Assembly (NCBI GenBank): GCA_963828395.1
Contig: CAWHED010000004.1
Span: forward strand, 237,541-301,540
DNA from: an uncultured Bacteroidales bacterium
Lineage (GTDB): Bacteria > Bacteroidota > Bacteroidia > Bacteroidales > VadinHA17
Direction of reading: 5' to 3'
Length of the DNA: 64,000 nucleotides
Shown here piece by piece: positions 47,266-57,300 of this stretch. The notes under the pieces were generated by a model. That model had not been told where the DNA came from and ran no database searches. It saw nothing but the letters and a program-made list of their open reading frames with translations. The position numbers and the translations under genes are program-made. Each line of letters starts with the position of its first letter. Position 1 is the first letter of the stretch.

Positions 47266-49206
47266 TTATAATACAATGCGTCCGCCGAGGCCGGAGGATA
47301 TTTTTTTCTGGAGCGAGGTCATTGTTTTATATCGCTCCTGCAGTGCGGCTATCTTCTCATCATCGCCGGCGGCTTCGGTCATCGCCCTGCGCAGTTCCTT
47401 CTGCATTATCTTGATTTTGTCGCTCTTGAACACGAGGACTGTGTCAGGTACTATTTCCTTCAGTTTCATCTCTTCAGTCTCGACATAAGCACCTCGTGAG
47501 CTCCATATCTTACTGAGCGTATACTGTTCAGTGAGCATGTCGACAGCGATGGCACTGATGGCCGGGTCAGGATGGTGCACGAAATGCCTGTCTCCGGGGA
47601 AAAGACCCTGCGACACATTAAAGGTTATTTCTGAAAAGATAGAGGCAAAGAGCGGGTCGTCAAACAGCAGCTCGTCCTCGGTAATCTGCGAGATGATATA
47701 GTCAGCCACGGTGGTTATGGTCTCAGTCCCTGTCTCCTTGTCGACCACGCGCGACAGCACCTCGTCGCCATAACGTATGAGCAGCCGGAGAAGCTCTTTC
47801 TCGGAGTAAAATGATGTCTCTTCTTTTTTCTTCTGCTTCTGTGCGGTTATCTGGGGTGATACAATGGCATCCTGCACGGGCCACGAGTTGCGGTCGCGGA
47901 AGCTCTGCTGCTTACGCAGCTTCATCACCTCGTCAAGGACCACCTCTTCGGGCATGCTAAGCTGAATGCTGCACTCCTTGATATATACCGTGCGTGTTAT
48001 CTGGTCAGGGATGACGGCTATTGAACGCACCACCTCCCTTACCAGGTTGGCGCGTCTTACGGGATCGTTATGCGCCTCATCGAGGAGCAGGCTTGTCTTA
48101 AATCTTATGAAGTCGGTCTCGTTCTCTTTGAGATATCTCCTGAACTCTTCCTCGGATACTTTTTTGGAGTATGAATCAGGATCTTCGCCATCTGGAAGCA
48201 TGACTATGCGGACATTCATGCCCTCCTCGAGCACCATGTCGGTGCCGCGCACGGATGCCTTCACCCCTGCCGGGTCTCCGTCGTAGAGCATGGTGATGTT
48301 GGGGGTGAAGCGCTTGATGAGGCGTATCTGCTCCTGAGTGAGGGCGGTGCCTGATGATGCAACGACATTCTCAACACCGGCCTCATGCATCGACAGCACG
48401 TCGGTGTAACCCTCGACTAAATAGCAGCGGTCCTCGCGTGTTATGGCCTGGCGTGCCTGGAAGATGCCGTAGACAATACGGCTCTTATGGTAGATCTCTG
48501 TCTCAGGCGTGTTGACATACTTGGCAGCCCTGGGATCGTGTTTGATGATCCTTCCCCCGAAACCCAGCACCTGTCCTGAAAGAGAGTGGATGGGGAACAT
48601 GATGCGGCCGGCGAACCTGTCAAAGAGATAACCCTCCTTGTCAATGGTGAGTCCGCTCAGGACCATATAATCAGTCTTGTAGCCAGCCGACAGGGCCTTC
48701 TGGGTGAAGTCGTCGCGCTTCTCGTTGCAGTAGCCTACATCAAATTTATGCAGCACGGCATCGCGGAAGCCGCGTTCGCGGAAGTATGACAGGCCCAGCG
48801 CCATGCCCTCGTGGCCGTGGAAGAGGTTCTCGGTGAACTGCCTTGCGGCGTACTGTGTAACCACAAGGATACTCTCACGCTCGTTCTGTTTCTGTATCTC
48901 CTCGGCTGTGACCTCCTTCTCCTCTATCTCGATGTTGTATTTCTTTGCCAGATAGCGGAGCGCTTCGGGATAAGAGAGGTGCTCATGCTCCATGATGAAG
49001 TTGACGGCGTTGCCGCCCTTGCCGCAGCCGAAGCACTTGAAGATGCCCTTGGCGGGCGAGACGGTGAACGACGGGGTCTTTTCGTTATGAAAAGGACATA
49101 GTCCCAGGTAGTTGACGCCTCTCTTTTTCAGCGACACGAACTCCTGCACCACCTCGGTTATCTGGGCAGCGTCGAAGATGCGTTCTATTGTTGAGTGGTC
49201 GATCAT
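47266..49206 (-). CDS. dnaG: DNA primase
   Basis: The zinc finger is CPFHNEKTPSFTVSPAKGIFKCFGCGKGG and the Toprim motif is LVEGYTDVL. I prefer the start MIDHSTIERI (49206) over the track Met at 49215. Confidence 0.93.
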   Translation of the reverse strand: MIDHSTIERIFDAAQITEVVQEFVSLKKRGVNYLGLCPFHNEKTPSFTVSPAKGIFKCFGCGKGGNAVNFIMEHEHLSYPEALRYLAKKYNIEIEEKEVTAEEIQKQNERESILVVTQYAARQFTENLFHGHEGMALGLSYFRERGFRDAVLHKFDVGYCNEKRDDFTQKALSAGYKTDYMVLSGLTIDKEGYLFDRFAGRIMFPIHSLSGQVLGFGGRIIKHDPRAAKYVNTPETEIYHKSRIVYGIFQARQAITREDRCYLVEGYTDVLSMHEAGVENVVASSGTALTQEQIRLIKRFTPNITMLYDGDPAGVKASVRGTDMVLEEGMNVRIVMLPDGEDPDSYSKKVSEEEFRRYLKENETDFIRFKTSLLLDEAHNDPVRRANLVREVVRSIAVIPDQITRTVYIKECSIQLSMPEEVVLDEVMKLRKQQSFRDRNSWPVQDAIVSPQITAQKQKKKEETSFYSEKELLRLLIRYGDEVLSRVVDKETGTETITTVADYIISQITEDELLFDDPLFASIFSEITFNVSQGLFPGDRHFVHHPDPAISAIAVDMLTEQYTLSKIWSSRGAYVETEEMKLKEIVPDTVLVFKSDKIKIMQKELRRAMTEAAGDDEKIAALQERYKTMTSLQKKISSGLGGRIVL

Positions 49207-49223
49207 GGGTCTCAAAGTTACTG

Positions 49224-49260
49224 AAAAGTCTGAGACCTTCCGATCTTCAGTCCTTCAGAC
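49224..49260. repeat. Degenerate short-period array of the TCAGAC/GTCTGA family
   Basis: The sequence is aaaagtctgagaccttccgatcttcagtccttcagac. GTCTGA and TCAGAC form its inverted ends. Confidence 0.5.
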
Positions 49261-49301
49261 ATTATTATCAATAATGCTTTTTGGAGAAAGCAAAAAATGA
49301 T

Positions 49302-49309
49302 TATATTTG
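49302..49309 (+). promoter_or_regulatory. -7 promoter box (TATATTTG) for ATPase-1
   Basis: It lies 20 nt upstream of the ATG at 49329. It is embedded in the inverted repeat AAGCAAA (49288-49294) / TTTGCTT (49306-49312). Confidence 0.5.
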
Positions 49310-49328
49310 CTTAATAGAAAAAGCAACA

Positions 49329-50522
49329 ATGGATCAACTATTTGAAAAATACTACAGATTACTTGACAATATCTCGATGGATTTCATAAGGGGCTATGCT
49401 GGTATAATTAACTGGAAGGCCCGTATGATTGGCATTAGAGGAGCGCGTGGTGTGGGTAAAACAACTCTGCTGCTGCAGTACATGAAAAAGAACTTCCCCC
49501 GTGATGGCTCTTCTCTGTATGCAAACCTTGACAATATATGGTTCTCGGAGAACAGGCTGACCGACCTGACAGACAGGTTTGTAAAACAGGGTGGTCACTT
49601 CCTTTTTCTGGACGAGGTGCATAAATATCAGGATTGGTCGCAGGAATTAAAAAATATTTATGATGATTATCCTGGGTTGAAAATAGTTTTTACTGGTTCA
49701 TCACTGCTTGAAATCCGGAAATCGAGGGTTGATCTCAGTCGCCGGGCTGTTGTTTATAATATGCGGGGACTCTCATTCAGGGAGTATCTGAATCTAACTC
49801 TCGGCCTTGACCTTCCGGTTGTCAGGCTTGAGGATATCCTTGCCAGTCCCGTGGATCAGGCACAGGAGATATTGAAAAAGGTTAAGCCTCTGAAGTACTT
49901 CAGCTCCTACCTTAAATCGGGCTATTATCCCTTCTTTCTTGAGGTTCCCGAGTTGTATTTCCACAGGTTGGAAGAGATAATCAATCTGATTATTGAAACG
50001 GAATTACCTCTCCTGAGGAAGGTCGAGGTGGAGAATGTCCCAAAAATGAAGCTTCTGCTTAAAATCCTTGCCGAGTCCGCACCATTCATACCGAATATTG
50101 TAAAGCTGAGCGAGAGGTCAGGTCTGACGCGTAACACAGTCATCTCTTATCTTGGGTATTTGGAAGAGGCACATTTGGAAAAGAACCTGTACAGGAATTC
50201 AAAAGGAATAACCAGGTTACAAAAGCCAGACAAGATTTATCTTGAGAACACTAACCTCATGCATGCCCTGTCTCCTGTCGGAGTCAACATCGGTAACCTC
50301 CGGGAGACCTTTTTTGTAAACCAGCTTAGCGAAAATCATATTGTTGAATACGCAGAGGAGGGAGATTTTACGATTGACGGACAATTTATTTTTGAAACGG
50401 GCGGCAAAACAAAAGGATTCGGTCAGATAAATGGTATCAGCAACAGTTATATTGTTGCTGACGGGATCGAATACGGGACCGGAAACAGGTTACCGCTCTG
50501 GCTGTTCGGATTCTTATACTGA
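49329..50522 (+). CDS. P-loop ATPase (AAA_14/DUF4143-type) with a C-terminal PD-(D/E)xK-like module (ATPase-1)
   Basis: Walker A is GARGVGKTTL and Walker B is FLFLDEVH. The C-terminus has GDFTIDGQFIFETGGKTK. The track start at 49281 is TTG, so I prefer the ATG at 49329. Confidence 0.75.
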   Translation: MDQLFEKYYRLLDNISMDFIRGYAGIINWKARMIGIRGARGVGKTTLLLQYMKKNFPRDGSSLYANLDNIWFSENRLTDLTDRFVKQGGHFLFLDEVHKYQDWSQELKNIYDDYPGLKIVFTGSSLLEIRKSRVDLSRRAVVYNMRGLSFREYLNLTLGLDLPVVRLEDILASPVDQAQEILKKVKPLKYFSSYLKSGYYPFFLEVPELYFHRLEEIINLIIETELPLLRKVEVENVPKMKLLLKILAESAPFIPNIVKLSERSGLTRNTVISYLGYLEEAHLEKNLYRNSKGITRLQKPDKIYLENTNLMHALSPVGVNIGNLRETFFVNQLSENHIVEYAEEGDFTIDGQFIFETGGKTKGFGQINGISNSYIVADGIEYGTGNRLPLWLFGFLY

Positions 50523-50960
50523 TTAGCCGGGCTTTTTCCAAATAATCTTTTTCCCGAAGCCCAGCCTGTTGTCAGTGAGCTTGATGTGATTAAGCCCGAT
50601 GACCCATAGGTGCAGCTCCGTAAGAGCAGCATAAGGGAATCGTCGGAGATAAATTTTTTTGGCACGACTGAGATCATCACTTAAAGGTTCACTGATGATG
50701 CCCGTGAATTGAATTCCACGTATCCTGCCAACGCGCCAGGTTTCAAGGGCGATGGTTCCGGCAACGGAAGGATTGGCAAGGAATTCGGAGCCGTGGCGGG
50801 TAGTTGTGTCGGTGGTGATGACAAGGGTATTATTCTCCTCGTCCCATGCATAAAAGCAGGATGCGCACCAGGGACCGCGGTCACTCACCGTGGCTATGCT
50901 GAGAACATGGTGCCTCCGCAGCAGAGTCTTTATGCGTTTATGCAATTCTACTCGTTCCAC
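50523..50960 (-). CDS. Pyridoxamine 5'-phosphate oxidase-like (YhbP/UPF0306-type) protein
   Basis: HHVLSIATVSDRGPWCASCFYAWDEENNTLVITTDTTTRHG is present. Confidence 0.6.
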   Translation of the reverse strand: MERVELHKRIKTLLRRHHVLSIATVSDRGPWCASCFYAWDEENNTLVITTDTTTRHGSEFLANPSVAGTIALETWRVGRIRGIQFTGIISEPLSDDLSRAKKIYLRRFPYAALTELHLWVIGLNHIKLTDNRLGFGKKIIWKKPG

Positions 50961-51522
50961 CGGAATGTATCAATAGTGAATCCTGCCAGTGTAAGCACCC
51001 TGTCTGTTACTGTGGCCACCAGCTCGTCTATGGTCTGCGGCCTGCTGTAAAAGGAAGGTGTGGCAGGACAAATAACAGCACCGGCCTCGGTGAGCAGCTT
51101 CATATTGTTAATATGTATCAGACTGTACGGTGTCTCGCGGGGTACAAGTATCAGCCGGCGCCGCTCTTTCAGCATCACATCCGCAGCACGGGTGATGAGG
51201 TCGTCGGAGACGCCATGTGCTATCCTGCCAACCATCCCCATTGAAGCCGGACAGATTATCATGGTGTCATACGATGATGAACCGGAAGCAAAAGGTGCAT
51301 TGAAGTCCTTGTTGTCCCATAGTTTCTCGGTGCCTGACGGCACATAAACGGAGCCTGTCTCATATAGCATAATCTCTTCCGCATTACCGGTCAGAATTAC
51401 CGCAACTTCTGATGGGGGTTCCGGCAGCTCACGCAGCGTTTCAGCAGGCTCAGGGCATATATCGCCCCACTGGCGCCCGTGATGGCAACCACTATTTTGC
51501 GTTTATTTGCAGCTAAAGACAT
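50948..51522 (-). CDS. ubiX: Flavin prenyltransferase UbiX, interrupted by a 1-nt frameshift
   Basis: The N-terminal piece (51522-~51440) reads MSLAANKRKIVVAITGASGAIYALSLLK. The second piece (frame of ORF 51370-50948, open upstream) reads TLRELPEPPSEVAVILTGNAEEIMLYETG...ICPASMGMVGRIAHGVSDDLITRAADVMLKERRRLILVPRETP. The total is 575 nt, which is 3n-1. Confidence 0.85.
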
Positions 51523-51527
51523 GGTAA

Positions 51528-51548
51528 TTGCGATTTGCGATTTGCGAT
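51528..51548. repeat. Three tandem TTGCGAT/TTTGCGA heptamers immediately upstream of the ubiX start
   Basis: The sequence is ttgcgat ttgcgat ttgcgat followed by ttttt. It ends 5 nt from the ubiX ATG (minus strand). Confidence 0.9.
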
Positions 51549-51552
51549 TTTT

Positions 51553-51664
51553 CTCAATCTTTCAACCCTTCAACTTTTTCAACCCTTAACGTTCTCAACC
51601 CTTCAACTTCTCAACCTTCAACTTTTCAACCCTCCGACTTTTGACTTTCAGACTTTAGACTTTC
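51553..51664. repeat. Tandem array of about 14 units with an ~8-nt period (TTCAACCC/TTCAACTT grading into CAGACTTT)
   Basis: The sequence reads ctcaatct ttcaaccc ttcaactt tttcaaccc ttaacgtt ctcaaccc ttcaactt ctcaacc ttcaactt ttcaaccc tccgactt ttgacttt cagacttt agacttt. It fills the ribE-ubiX gap and contains the ribE stop codon. Confidence 0.9.
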
Positions 51665-52256
51665 CAAATTGCTGCCTGACAATCTTCGCAATATACTTCC
51701 CGAGTATGTCAAACTCAATGTTCACCACCGTACCCTTTTCGATCTGGTGAAAGTTAGTAACCTCATGCGTGAACGGTATTATAGCCACCTCAAATGAGGT
51801 ATCCTTTGAATTGACAACCGTGAGGCTGACGCCGTTGACACTTACGGATCCCTTTTCGACTGTGAGATGTTCCGGGGATTTAGGTTCATATTCAAAAGTG
51901 TAGTACCATGACCCTTCCGCTTCCCTTACAGAGGTGCATATGGCGGTGAGGTCGACATGACCCTGTACCATGTGACCGTCGAGACGGCCGTCGAGGCGGG
52001 TGCTGCGTTCGAGGTTCACCTTGTCGCCCGGCTTCAGCAGACCGAGGTTGGTCTTGTCAAGCGTCTCGCGTATGGCAGTCACGGTATAGGTGTCGCCCTC
52101 TTTTTTCACTACTGTGAGGCATACGCCGTTATGCGATATGCTCTGGTCGATCTTCAGCTCACCGGTGAATGAGCATCGCATGGTGATATGAATATTATCC
52201 TTTTCGTGTTCAATCCGCACCACCGGTGCGGCTTCCTCTACTATTCCCGAAAACAT
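51648..52256 (-). CDS. ribE: Riboflavin synthase (alpha chain)
   Basis: MFSGIVEE..., SHNGVCLTVV and two lumazine-binding repeats (VNLERS, SVSVNGVSLTVV) are present. I prefer the start at Met27 of the track ORF. Confidence 0.9.
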   Translation of the reverse strand: MFSGIVEEAAPVVRIEHEKDNIHITMRCSFTGELKIDQSISHNGVCLTVVKKEGDTYTVTAIRETLDKTNLGLLKPGDKVNLERSTRLDGRLDGHMVQGHVDLTAICTSVREAEGSWYYTFEYEPKSPEHLTVEKGSVSVNGVSLTVVNSKDTSFEVAIIPFTHEVTNFHQIEKGTVVNIEFDILGKYIAKIVRQQFGKSKV

Positions 52257-52526
52257 TGCTCGTACTTTTGAATCGGGGTAAAGATACGAAATGTTATTGC
52301 CTGAAGAATAGATCAGGCAATAGGCAACAGTCAATAATGGCTTAAGGAGAGTTTTGAGCCTTAAGTTCGAAAAAGTGTGTTAAAATCACATTTTTATGTT
52401 CATAAAAGTGTAAAAGATTAACACAAATATGAACTTAAGGATTTAATGCAAATAAGTTTCTCCTATATTTCAATTATGCATCAAACCGGGTGCAAAACAT
52501 AAATAAAAGACAGATTCAATAATTGT

Positions 52527-52567
52527 TTTATTGTAACAGCGGTTACTGTAATGGCGGTTACAATAAA
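52527..52567. repeat. 41-bp palindromic element, copy A (upstream of ATPase-2)
   Basis: TTTATTGTAAC-agcggttactgtaatggcg-GTTACAATAAA has 11-bp perfect arms. It ends 5 nt before the -7 box. Confidence 0.85.
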
Positions 52568-52572
52568 TTTCC

Positions 52573-52580
52573 TATATTTG
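52573..52580 (+). promoter_or_regulatory. -7 promoter box (TATATTTG) for ATPase-2
   Basis: It lies 20 nt upstream of the ATG at 52600. Confidence 0.5.
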
Positions 52581-52599
52581 ACGGATTAAAGAAAAGGCT

Positions 52600-53910
52600 A
52601 TGGAATTCATTGATCGTGAAAATGAGTTGAAACTCCTGGAAGGGATACGGAAAAGGTCTGAGAAATCCGGCATCCTGACCGTCATTACCGGACGGCGAAG
52701 AATTGGCAAGACAACATTAACAATGAAGGCATTCGAAGGGCATCCCTTTGTCTATTTCTTTGTTGTAAGGAAAAATGAAATATTACTTTGCCAGGAATTT
52801 ATTGAAGAAATCAACAGGGGTCTCAAGATCGACGTTCTGGGGGAGTTCAACAGTTTTGCGCGATTGTTTGAATACCTCCTGGTTCATTCCCAAACCCACC
52901 CTTTCACTCTTGTGATCGATGAGTTTCAGGAGTTTTTAAATGTAAGCAGTGGCATATATGGTGAAATGCAAAAATTGTGGGACAGGTATAAGGCGACAGC
53001 AAAAATAAATCTCATTTTATGCGGTTCGGTTTTTTCGATGATGAAAAAAATCTTTGAGAATGAAAAAGAACCATTATTTGGAAGGGCAAATGAGCGCATC
53101 AGCCTGCAGCCATTCAGTGTCGATGTTTTGAAAAACCTTCTCAAAGGACGTTTCACCGATATTAAAAATAAAGATATCCTTGCATTCTATACGATTACCG
53201 GTGGCGCTGCCAGATATGTTGAGCTCTTCTGTGACAAGGATATTTACACATTTCCACAAATGCTGGACGAAGTATTCAGGGAAAACTCCTTGCTGATTGA
53301 TGAAGGTAAAAATGTACTGATTGAAGAGTTCGGCAGGGATTATGCTATTTATTTCTCCATATTGTCTCTCATTTCTTCCTCAAAAACATCCAGACCTGAT
53401 ATAGAGTCAATACTTCAGAAGGATATTGGCGGGTATCTTGACAAGCTGGAAAATGAATATATGCTAATCAGGAGTGTCCGGCCCGTCCTGGCAAAACCCG
53501 GAGGGAGAATTCAGAGGTATACTATTAATGACAATTTTTTATCGTTCTGGTTTCGTTTTGTTTACAAGTACCGCAGTGCAGTAGAAATAGGTAATTTTAA
53601 ATATCTTAAGGCAGTGGTTAAGCGTGATTTCGATACATATTGTGGCCTGTTTCTTGAGAAATATTTCAGGGAGAAGATTGTATTGAGTGGAGAGTATACG
53701 TCAATAGGGAGCTATTGGGAAAAGGGTAACCGGAACGAAATCGACATTGTCGCAATTGATGATATGAACAAGAAGGTTCTTATTGCAGAGGTAAAAATGA
53801 AAAAATCAAGCTTCAGACCTCGGATTTTACGGGAAAGCGCCAGAAACCTGGTGAATAAGTTTGGAGAGTACCAGGTTGAATACCAGTCATTTTCACTTGA
53901 TGGAATCTGA
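52600..53910 (+). CDS. P-loop ATPase (archaeal-ATPase/DUF234-type) with a C-terminal PD-(D/E)xK-like module (ATPase-2)
   Basis: FIDRENEL is present. Walker A is GRRRIGKTTL and Walker B is TLVIDEFQ. The C-terminus has NEIDIVAIDDMNKKVLIAEVKMKK. Confidence 0.78.
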   Translation: MEFIDRENELKLLEGIRKRSEKSGILTVITGRRRIGKTTLTMKAFEGHPFVYFFVVRKNEILLCQEFIEEINRGLKIDVLGEFNSFARLFEYLLVHSQTHPFTLVIDEFQEFLNVSSGIYGEMQKLWDRYKATAKINLILCGSVFSMMKKIFENEKEPLFGRANERISLQPFSVDVLKNLLKGRFTDIKNKDILAFYTITGGAARYVELFCDKDIYTFPQMLDEVFRENSLLIDEGKNVLIEEFGRDYAIYFSILSLISSSKTSRPDIESILQKDIGGYLDKLENEYMLIRSVRPVLAKPGGRIQRYTINDNFLSFWFRFVYKYRSAVEIGNFKYLKAVVKRDFDTYCGLFLEKYFREKIVLSGEYTSIGSYWEKGNRNEIDIVAIDDMNKKVLIAEVKMKKSSFRPRILRESARNLVNKFGEYQVEYQSFSLDGI

Positions 53911-53975
53911 AAACCCGGCATAATTTCCCCGGGCGAAGGAAACGCAAACCAGAATAAACTCAGCACCATAATTTA

Positions 53976-54015
53976 TTTATTGTAACAACGGTTACCGTAA
54001 CGGTGGTTACAATAA
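53976..54015. repeat. 41-bp palindromic element, copy B (downstream of ATPase-2)
   Basis: TTTATTGTAAC-aacggttaccgtaacggtg-GTTACAATAA. The spacer is 15/19 identical to copy A, in the same orientation. Confidence 0.85.
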
Positions 54016-54288
54016 GTTCAAAAAGTCAGAAACGGCAATCAACATCAATCCCTGGTTTTAATTATCATGTAAAAATCAATGCATACGGTGTGACAAAGAG
54101 TTGTAAGTATAGTTTAAACATTTCTTGTTCAGAAAGAAAATTGAAACCATACTTACAAAAAAGTGTGATTTTGTGGAAAGTTGCAAGTATACTTATAACT
54201 AATTCCGTTGTTATGCATTTATGCAGTTCGAATGCAAATCTGCATAAATGGGGTCTACCGAGGGGAAGGTTCTAAGGCTTTTGAATTT

Positions 54289-54318
54289 CGACCCTCAGAC
54301 CCTCAGACCCTCAGACTT
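54289..54318. repeat. TCAGACCC octamer array (3.75 units) at the ileS 3' end
   Basis: The sequence is cgaccc tcagaccc tcagaccc tcagactt. The reconstructed ileS stop (54311-54313) lies inside the last unit. Confidence 0.9.
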
Positions 54319-57300
54319 TTTCTACCAGCACTTTCACCATCTGCTCTTCGATATCAATCTCCTTTGCCCCGGCAGCTGAGAGTTTATCAGAAGAGGCCAG
54401 AGAGATCTCCAGCGCCAGAGTCTGGGAGGCGATATAGTCAGAGTGCTTATTAACAGCAACAGATACAAACGGCAAATCCTCAATGACAACCCTGATTTTG
54501 TCGGTGACCTCGAAGCCGAGAGTCCTTGCGGATGTTCTGTATGCGGTTCACAAACTCACGGGCGATGCCTTCATGAAGCAGTTCCCCGGTGACGGTTATG
54601 TCAAGCGCAACAGTCAGCCGGCCTTCATTGGCGACAAGCCATCCGGGGATATCCTCCGAGATTATTTCAACATCATCAGTGGTTATCTGGTAAACCTCAC
54701 CGTCAAGCTTCAGGTTCCGTGTTCCGAGTTTCTCGAATTCTGCTATCTCTGACTGAGTAAGGGCCAATATGGCAGCTCCCGCTTCCTTCATCTTCTTCCC
54801 GAAACGGGGACCAAGAAGCTTGAAATTAGGCTTGACTTTTCTTACCAGCAGGCCGGATGTGTCATCGACATACTCGACATCCTTGACATTGACTTCGGTC
54901 AGTATCAGCGATTTGACAGCTTCAAAGCTGCTTTTAAAGTTACCGTCAGTAACAGGTACCATTATCCTGGCAAGCGGCTGGCGCACCCTGATGTTCACAC
55001 GCCGTCTGAGAGCCAGGATCATCGACGACATCTTCTGCGCGATCTCCATCCTCTCCTCAAGGGCTTTGTCAATCAGCTTCTCATTATATGACGGAAATGC
55101 CGTAAGATGCACCGAGCCCTCTTTATCTCTGCCGCTGACCGGGTTGAGATCGGTGAAAATGCGGTCAGTGAAGAAAGGTATGACGGGTGAAGCCAGTTTA
55201 GCCACTGTTTCAAGACATGTATATAGTGTCTGGTAGGCCGAGAGCTTGTCTTCGTCCAGTCCGCCGCCCCAGTAACGCTTCCGGTTGAGGCGCACGTACC
55301 AGTTCGAGAGGTTCTCGGTGACGAACTCCGAGATAGCCCTGCCTGCAGGAGTGATGTCATAATCGTCATACCGGTCGGTGACCTCTTTGATAAGGGTATT
55401 CAGCAGCGAGATGATCCACCGGTCTATCTCAGGCCTTTTCTCCATCGGCACCTGCGGCTCGTTCCCGGTGAACCCGTCAACGTTAGCATACAGGGCAAAG
55501 AAGGAATAAGTATTATATAAGGTACCGAAGAACTTACGCTTCACCTCTTCCACTCCGGAAATGTCGAAGCGGAGGTTATCCCACGGCTGCGCGTTGGTGA
55601 GCATGTACCACCGCAGCGGGTCGGAGCCGTGCTGATCGATGGTGCTGAAAGGATCAACAGCGTTTGCGAGCCGCTTCGACATCTTGTTACCGTTCTTATC
55701 GAGCACGAGGCCGTTGGAGATGATATTCCTGAATGAGACCGAATCGGATATCATTGCGGCGATGGCATGAAGGGTGAAGAACCATCCTCGTGTCTGGTCA
55801 ACACCTTCGGCGATGAAGTCGGCAGGAAATTTTTCCGGGAAATCAACTTTGTTCTCGAAGGGATAATGTGCCTGTGCATAGGGCATGGCTCCCGAGTCAA
55901 ACCAAACGTCAATGAGATCCGTCTCGCGTTTCATGGGTCTGCCGGTTCTGCTGACGAGGATGATCGCGTCAACGAACGGACGATGCAGGTCGAGCAGTGA
56001 ATAGTTTTCCAGGCTGTTGTCGCCCTCGGCGAAGTTTGCCAGGGGATTATGGGTCATATAACCTGCATCGACGCTGCGTGATATTTCCATCTTGAGCTCA
56101 GCTACTGACCCGATGCATATTTCTTCCTGACGGTCCTCAGTCATCCAGATCGGCAGGGGAGTACCCCAGAAGCGTGAGCGCGACAGGTTCCAGTCGACCA
56201 GGTTCTCGAGCCACTTGCCGAAGCGTCCGCTGCCGGTGCTCTCGGGCTTCCATTTGATAGTGTTGTTAAGCTCTATCATACGGTCGCGCAGCGCTGTGGT
56301 GCGTATGAACCACGAGTCAAGGGGGTAATACAGAACAGGTTTGTCGGTGCGCCAGCAGTGCGGATAGGTATGTATCTGTTTCTCTATGCGGAAGGCTTTT
56401 CCCTCCTGTTTGAGCATCACAGCGATGTCAACGTCGAGGGTGGGGTCAGTTTCCGTAAGGGATTCGTCATATTCGTTCTTGACATAGCGGCCTGCAAACG
56501 GACCGTATGTTGTTGTATTTACGTGCGTGGCCGTGAACGCCTGGTCAAGATCCTCGAGCGGCACCATGCGACCGCGGCGGTCGACAAGCGGTCCCTGAAA
56601 GCCGTCTGACATCACCACCATAAGTGGCGGGATGCCGTTCTCACGACCTGCACGGTAGTCGTCGGCGCCGAAGGTGGGCGCAATATGTACAATGCCGGTA
56701 CCGTCGACGGTGGTGACAAAATCACCTGTGATAACACGGAAGGCGCCTTCGCCCGGATCAACCCAGTTGATGAGCTGCTCATAGTCGATGCCCTTGAGCT
56801 CCGAGCCCTTGTATGTGCCTGTGACTTTGTATTCCAGCTTTTTGTCAGGGGCAAATATAACAGGTATAAGCTCTTCAGCCAGTATGACAGTGATCGGTTC
56901 GGAGGTATAGGGATTTGTGGTTCTGACCTTTGCATATTTAATATCCGTACCAACAGCCAGGGCAGTATTTGACGGGAGGGTCCACGGCGTGGTGGTCCAT
57001 GCCATGATCTTCACTCCCGCTGTGTCTATGTCTTTGAAAAGGAATTCCGAGTGCGCGTTTCGTTTTACGGTAAAGAGCGCAATGCAGGTTGTGTCCTTCA
57101 CATCGCGGTAGCAGCCCGGCATATTGAGCTCATGCGAGCTCAGGCCTGTGCCTGCTGCCGGGGAGAAGGGCTGTATGGTGTAACCCTCATAGAGCAGACC
57201 TTTTTTATAAAGCTCCTTCAGCAGCCACCAGAGGGTCTCGATATACCTGTTGTCGTATGTCACATACGGATTGTCCATATCGATCCAGTAGCCCATGTGA

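Noticed and set aside
51553-51664. A possible CRISPR array.
   Set aside because: The period is about 8 nt, there are no unique spacers and no cas genes. It is a microsatellite-like array, not CRISPR.
52257-52400. An FMN (RFN) riboswitch upstream of ribE.
   Set aside because: The leader lacks the conserved RFN core (no GGGGCAGGGTGAAATTCCC-type segment). Only generic hairpins are present (ATTGCCTGA...TCAGGCAAT; GGCTTAAGG...CCTTAAG).
52527-54015. An integron gene cassette, reading the palindromes ending ...GTAAC / GTTAC... as attC-like.
   Set aside because: The arms match the attC core consensus (RYYYAAC / GTTRRRY) only partially. The gene has its own promoter, and no intI or attI lies in the window. 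The cassette idea is retained only in a generic sense in the findings.
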